Assembly (NCBI GenBank): GCA_963727825.1
Contig: CAVSHO010000001.1
Span: forward strand, 96,001 to 160,000
From: Ignavibacteriota bacterium
Lineage (GTDB): Bacteria; Bacteroidota; Ignavibacteria; UBA10030
Length of the DNA stretch: 64,000 bases
Direction of reading: 5' to 3'
How positions within the stretch are numbered: position 1 is the first letter of the stretch; every line of letters starts with the position of its first letter. The position numbers and the translations under genes were made by a program. Positions 60,513 through 64,000 of this stretch are shown in pieces. A model generated the notes under the pieces. That model saw only the letters and a list, made by a program, of their open reading frames with translations, was not told the origin of the DNA and did not search any database.

Positions 60513-61526
60513 ATGCCACAACAAAACGACAAATCCCAAAAACAAAAGCCTCAATTATCCGATCAACGTGAAATCAATACCGCGAACGGAAACGATGCAA
60601 CGCCAATTGAATCGGTACCGCTTTATAGAAACGTGAAAGTTGTTATCCCGCTTTTTCTTGTCGTGCTGGCGATCGCCATTTTTGCATGGCAGTACTATAT
60701 TAAACTGCGCGATTTTGTCTCGACGGACGATGCATACATCGACGCCGATAGAGTCTCTGTTAGCACAAAAATATTAGGTAGGATAAATCAACTGACAGCC
60801 GACGAAGGAGACTCGGTTCGGCAAGGACAAATTCTAGTAAGGCTGGATGACAGCGATTTGCGTGCACAGGAAGCGCAAGCGAAAGCTTCACTCGCATTTG
60901 CCAGTGAAAACATATCGCTTGCAAAAGTCAATCTAGAAAAAGCACAGACAGATTTTCAACGGGCAGCGTCTCAGTTTAACCAGAATATTATCCCTAAAGA
61001 ACAATACGACCATGCACAAAGCGAATTTGAATCTACCAAAGCGAGGCTCAATATTGCCAATGCGCAGACAGTCGCCGCACAGGCACAGCTTGGTGTGATA
61101 CAAACACAATTGACGAATACCGTCATCGAATCGCCGATGACAGGTGTTGTTTCGAAGCGCTGGGTTCTAACAGGCGACGTTGTGCAACCCGGTCAAGCTA
61201 TTTTCACGATCTATAATGTAAAAGACATCTGGGTGACGGCAAATTTGGAAGAGACAAGTCTGTCTAATTTACGTCTTGGCGACAAAGTGGATATTAGCGT
61301 AGACACCTATCCAAAAATAAAATTTATCGGCACTATTCTTCGCCTCGGTTCCAATACTGCATCGCAGTTTTCTTTAATTCCCCCTAATAATGCATCCGGG
61401 AATTTTACAAAGGTCACCCAGCGTGTACCGATAAAAATATCGGTCGAACAGGCTGACAGCATCCATCTTCAACATGTAAATTTATTGCCAGGCATGTCCG
61501 TTGAAGTCAAAGTGAAAGTTCGTTGA
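60513..61526 (+). CDS. emrA: HlyD/EmrA-family membrane fusion protein
   Basis: STDDAY, WVTANLEET, FSLIPPNNASGNFTKVTQRVP, LLPGMSV. Confidence 0.9.
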   Translation: MPQQNDKSQKQKPQLSDQREINTANGNDATPIESVPLYRNVKVVIPLFLVVLAIAIFAWQYYIKLRDFVSTDDAYIDADRVSVSTKILGRINQLTADEGDSVRQGQILVRLDDSDLRAQEAQAKASLAFASENISLAKVNLEKAQTDFQRAASQFNQNIIPKEQYDHAQSEFESTKARLNIANAQTVAAQAQLGVIQTQLTNTVIESPMTGVVSKRWVLTGDVVQPGQAIFTIYNVKDIWVTANLEETSLSNLRLGDKVDISVDTYPKIKFIGTILRLGSNTASQFSLIPPNNASGNFTKVTQRVPIKISVEQADSIHLQHVNLLPGMSVEVKVKVR

Positions 61527-61528
61527 CC

Positions 61529-63148
61529 ATGTTTGGAGGAATAACAAATCGTTTGAAACGAGGATTTACTAATCGTGTGCCTTCGCTTCATCATGAACAC
61601 GACTCGTACCGCTGGTGGGTTTTGGCGAACGTGATGATCGGAACATTTATGGCAGTGCTTGATGCCACGATCGTAGATGTTTCCTTGTCGAAAATTATGG
61701 CGTCATTCGGAATTACTGTCGATAAAGCCGAATGGGTGATCACCGCATACATGCTGGTCTTTGCAGTTATGCTCCCGACATCCGGATGGATAGCAGATCA
61801 CTTCGGATACAAGAGAACATATTTTTTAGCATTGTCATTATTTACCTTAGGATCATTTCTCTGCGGGCAAGCCTGGAATGAAAATATGCTTATCCTATTC
61901 CGAATTGTTCAGGCAAGCGGTGCGGGATTGCTGATGCCGACCGGGATGGCTATTGTAACACGTGAGTTTCCGGCGCGGCAGCGCGGACTTGCACTCGGAT
62001 TCTGGGCCATTGCAGCGGCGGCATCCGTATCACTCGGCCCGATGATAGGCGGATATCTTATAGATAATATCAATTGGAATGCAATCTTTAATGTAAACGT
62101 ACCGGTTGGCATAGTGGGTTTATTTGCAACGATGGTCATTCAGCGTGAATATAAAACAGAACGTACAAGATCGTTTGACGTGATTGGATTCGTATCGATG
62201 GCGACGTTTCTCTGTGCGCTTCTACTGGCACTAACGGATGGTAATGCTTCTTGGAATACCGGCGGATGGACGTCGCCGTTTATCATTTCGTGTTTTATCA
62301 TATCAGGGTGTGCGTTTATCGTATTTTTGGTGACGGAGCTTACTATTGAACATCCGCTCATCGACCTGAGTCTGCTCAAGGATTTTAATTTTAGCATGGC
62401 AAACGGTGTTCTCTTTATTTTCGGATTTGGGATGTTTGGCAGCACATTTTTGCTTCCATTGTATCTTCAATTGTCGATGGGATATACAGCATTTCAAGCA
62501 GGCTCGCTATTTTTACCCGTCGGCATTCTTCAAGCAATCACAGCTCCTATTTCCGGATTTCTATCTGATAAGGTAAATCCAAAAATTCCTGCTGTCATCG
62601 GTATTACATTATTGGCATTCAGCCTTTTCATCAACAGTTCATTGTCAATGTATTCGGAGCATCATCAGATTATGCTTGCATTGTATATCCGCGGGTTTGC
62701 TATGGGATTGATGTTCACACCTTTATCAATGACAGCGCTTTCGAATATTCCGCGTCACAAAATCGGCCAGGCATCCGGGTTGTTTAATGTTATCCGACAA
62801 TTAGGTGGGAGCTTCGGCATTGCATTTATGAGCACAATGCTGCTGCGCCGTACCATTTATCATACTGCAACATACGGCCAGGTTGTGAGTCAGCAATCGG
62901 ATACATTTCGTCAGGTTGCACAGCATTTGACGCGTTTTAGTATGAATGCAATTGGAGGAAATCAATCTCTTGCGGCAATGCGTGCGAACGCTCTAATTGC
63001 GTCGCACATTTCTACCCAGGCGTTTATCAGTGCTGTGTGCGACGACTTTTTAGTGGCATCAATAATCACTATTGCCGCGCTTGTTCCCATTTTATTCCTT
63101 CGTGTACGAAAGCGAAATAAATCTGAACATGTATCGGTCATGGAATAA
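61529..63148 (+). CDS. emrB: DHA2 (EmrB/QacA) MFS efflux transporter
   Basis: FMAVLDATIV, WVITAY, GPMIGGY, NVPVG, PLIDL, RQLGGSFG. Confidence 0.92.
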   Translation: MFGGITNRLKRGFTNRVPSLHHEHDSYRWWVLANVMIGTFMAVLDATIVDVSLSKIMASFGITVDKAEWVITAYMLVFAVMLPTSGWIADHFGYKRTYFLALSLFTLGSFLCGQAWNENMLILFRIVQASGAGLLMPTGMAIVTREFPARQRGLALGFWAIAAAASVSLGPMIGGYLIDNINWNAIFNVNVPVGIVGLFATMVIQREYKTERTRSFDVIGFVSMATFLCALLLALTDGNASWNTGGWTSPFIISCFIISGCAFIVFLVTELTIEHPLIDLSLLKDFNFSMANGVLFIFGFGMFGSTFLLPLYLQLSMGYTAFQAGSLFLPVGILQAITAPISGFLSDKVNPKIPAVIGITLLAFSLFINSSLSMYSEHHQIMLALYIRGFAMGLMFTPLSMTALSNIPRHKIGQASGLFNVIRQLGGSFGIAFMSTMLLRRTIYHTATYGQVVSQQSDTFRQVAQHLTRFSMNAIGGNQSLAAMRANALIASHISTQAFISAVCDDFLVASIITIAALVPILFLRVRKRNKSEHVSVME

Positions 63149-63192
63149 AAATATTTAATGGTACAGATAGAGTCATACAAGGACTGAGAAAT

Positions 63193-64000
63193 ATGAATAG
63201 AATGAAAATAATTTTATCGGCAGTATTTTTTCTCGCCGGCGCTGCGGCAGGACAAGATTCGATGACAGTCGAGCAAGCTGTTCAACGTGTTCTCCAAATC
63301 CATCCGGCAATAGAACAAGCATTGGCAAATACCCGTGCAGCGGAAGCGCGCGTTCAGCAAACATCAAGTGCACGTTTGCCAGAATCAGATATTGAAGCTT
63401 CATATACTTACCTCGGTCCGCCTATTCCTTTTTATTTCGGAGTTTTGGGGCCATTTCAGTTTTATCCGAACAATAATTATGACGCTCATATCGGAGCCGG
63501 TTATATGCTGTACGATTTCGGGAAGACAAGTGCCACTATCGACGTAGCACAATCTCACGTTGAATCTGCGCAAAATACAGTTGATTTAATAAAGAACGGA
63601 TTGGGTTATCAGACCATTCGAACATTTTATACTATCTTGTTTCTTCAAAAATCAATTCATGTAGCGGATGAGCAAATTGAAACATTCGACGAGCACCTTT
63701 CTCTTACTAAGAAAAAGGTCGATGTAGGAACTGCGACAAGCTTCGATGTCCTTACGACTGAAGTTCGTGTCGCCTCGGCCCAAAATCGAAAAGTAGAGTT
63801 GGAAAACTCATTGCACAAACAGGAATCTATATTGCGCCAGTTGCTTGGTGAGAAAGAAGGGATTCCAATTACACTTGTCGGCGAATTTACGATGGTTCCT
63901 GTAAAGCTGAATGCTGATTCACTTGTTGAGCAAGCATTCGCAAAACGTATAGAATTGAAACTTGATCATAATGCCCAGATGACTGCCGACCTCCAGTATA
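63193..64000 (+). CDS. TolC-family outer membrane efflux protein (3' truncated by window edge)
   Basis: ATG 63193 with signal peptide; TVEQAVQRVL..HP, LYDFGK, VGTATSFDVL; no stop seen before the window end; follows emrAB. Confidence 0.8.
   Translation, partial: MNRMKIILSAVFFLAGAAAGQDSMTVEQAVQRVLQIHPAIEQALANTRAAEARVQQTSSARLPESDIEASYTYLGPPIPFYFGVLGPFQFYPNNNYDAHIGAGYMLYDFGKTSATIDVAQSHVESAQNTVDLIKNGLGYQTIRTFYTILFLQKSIHVADEQIETFDEHLSLTKKKVDVGTATSFDVLTTEVRVASAQNRKVELENSLHKQESILRQLLGEKEGIPITLVGEFTMVPVKLNADSLVEQAFAKRIELKLDHNAQMTADLQY

Noticed and set aside
1361-63547. Numerous 60-230 aa ORFs antisense to or overlapping known genes
   Set aside because: Shadows of well-supported CDSs with no motifs or RBS; those that matter are frameshifted pieces already merged into features.
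1-64000. tRNA, rRNA, riboswitch, integrase or transposase genes
   Set aside because: None recognised by eye in the intergenic gaps; an Infernal/Rfam scan would be needed to exclude small RNAs.

Overview
A 64-kb bacterial chromosomal window of low-to-moderate GC. Gene content resembles an anaerobic or facultative Ignavibacteria/Bacteroidota-type organism, but that assignment is inference only. In order it holds: an electron-bifurcating-type HdrCBA-MvhDGA [NiFe]-hydrogenase operon; a C1 peptidase; a convergent hypFCD-(multi-PAS hybrid kinase)-hypE maturation cluster; paaK-ACT-aminotransferase; a histidine-utilisation region (hutU, hutI, formiminotransferase, cyclodeaminase, divergent hutH) mixed with sixA, a sigma-54 regulator, a degenerate REC-kinase and adenosine enzymes; housekeeping genes (hflX, suhB, pdp, pyrE, murI, pruA, sucC, gatB, tpiA); a fused REase-MTase plus S-subunit R-M locus interrupted by a YhcG nuclease; tricorn protease; and a TetR-EmrAB-TolC operon. 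Many genes carry single-base frameshifts, mostly insertions, which look like long-read errors. The most unusual signal is a recurring architecture of degenerate 7- or 8-nt tandem arrays facing complementary arrays. These bracket both four-helix-bundle (Avd/23S-IVP-like) genes and a nucleotidyltransferase pair, occur empty between genes, and are translated in frame inside hypF. Also notable are a perfect 30-bp REP-like palindrome inside hypF, MITE-like ends wrapping REP doublets, a duplicated MTase 3' end around yhcG, and a probable pseudo-histidine kinase. No rRNA, tRNA or CRISPR array was recognised.
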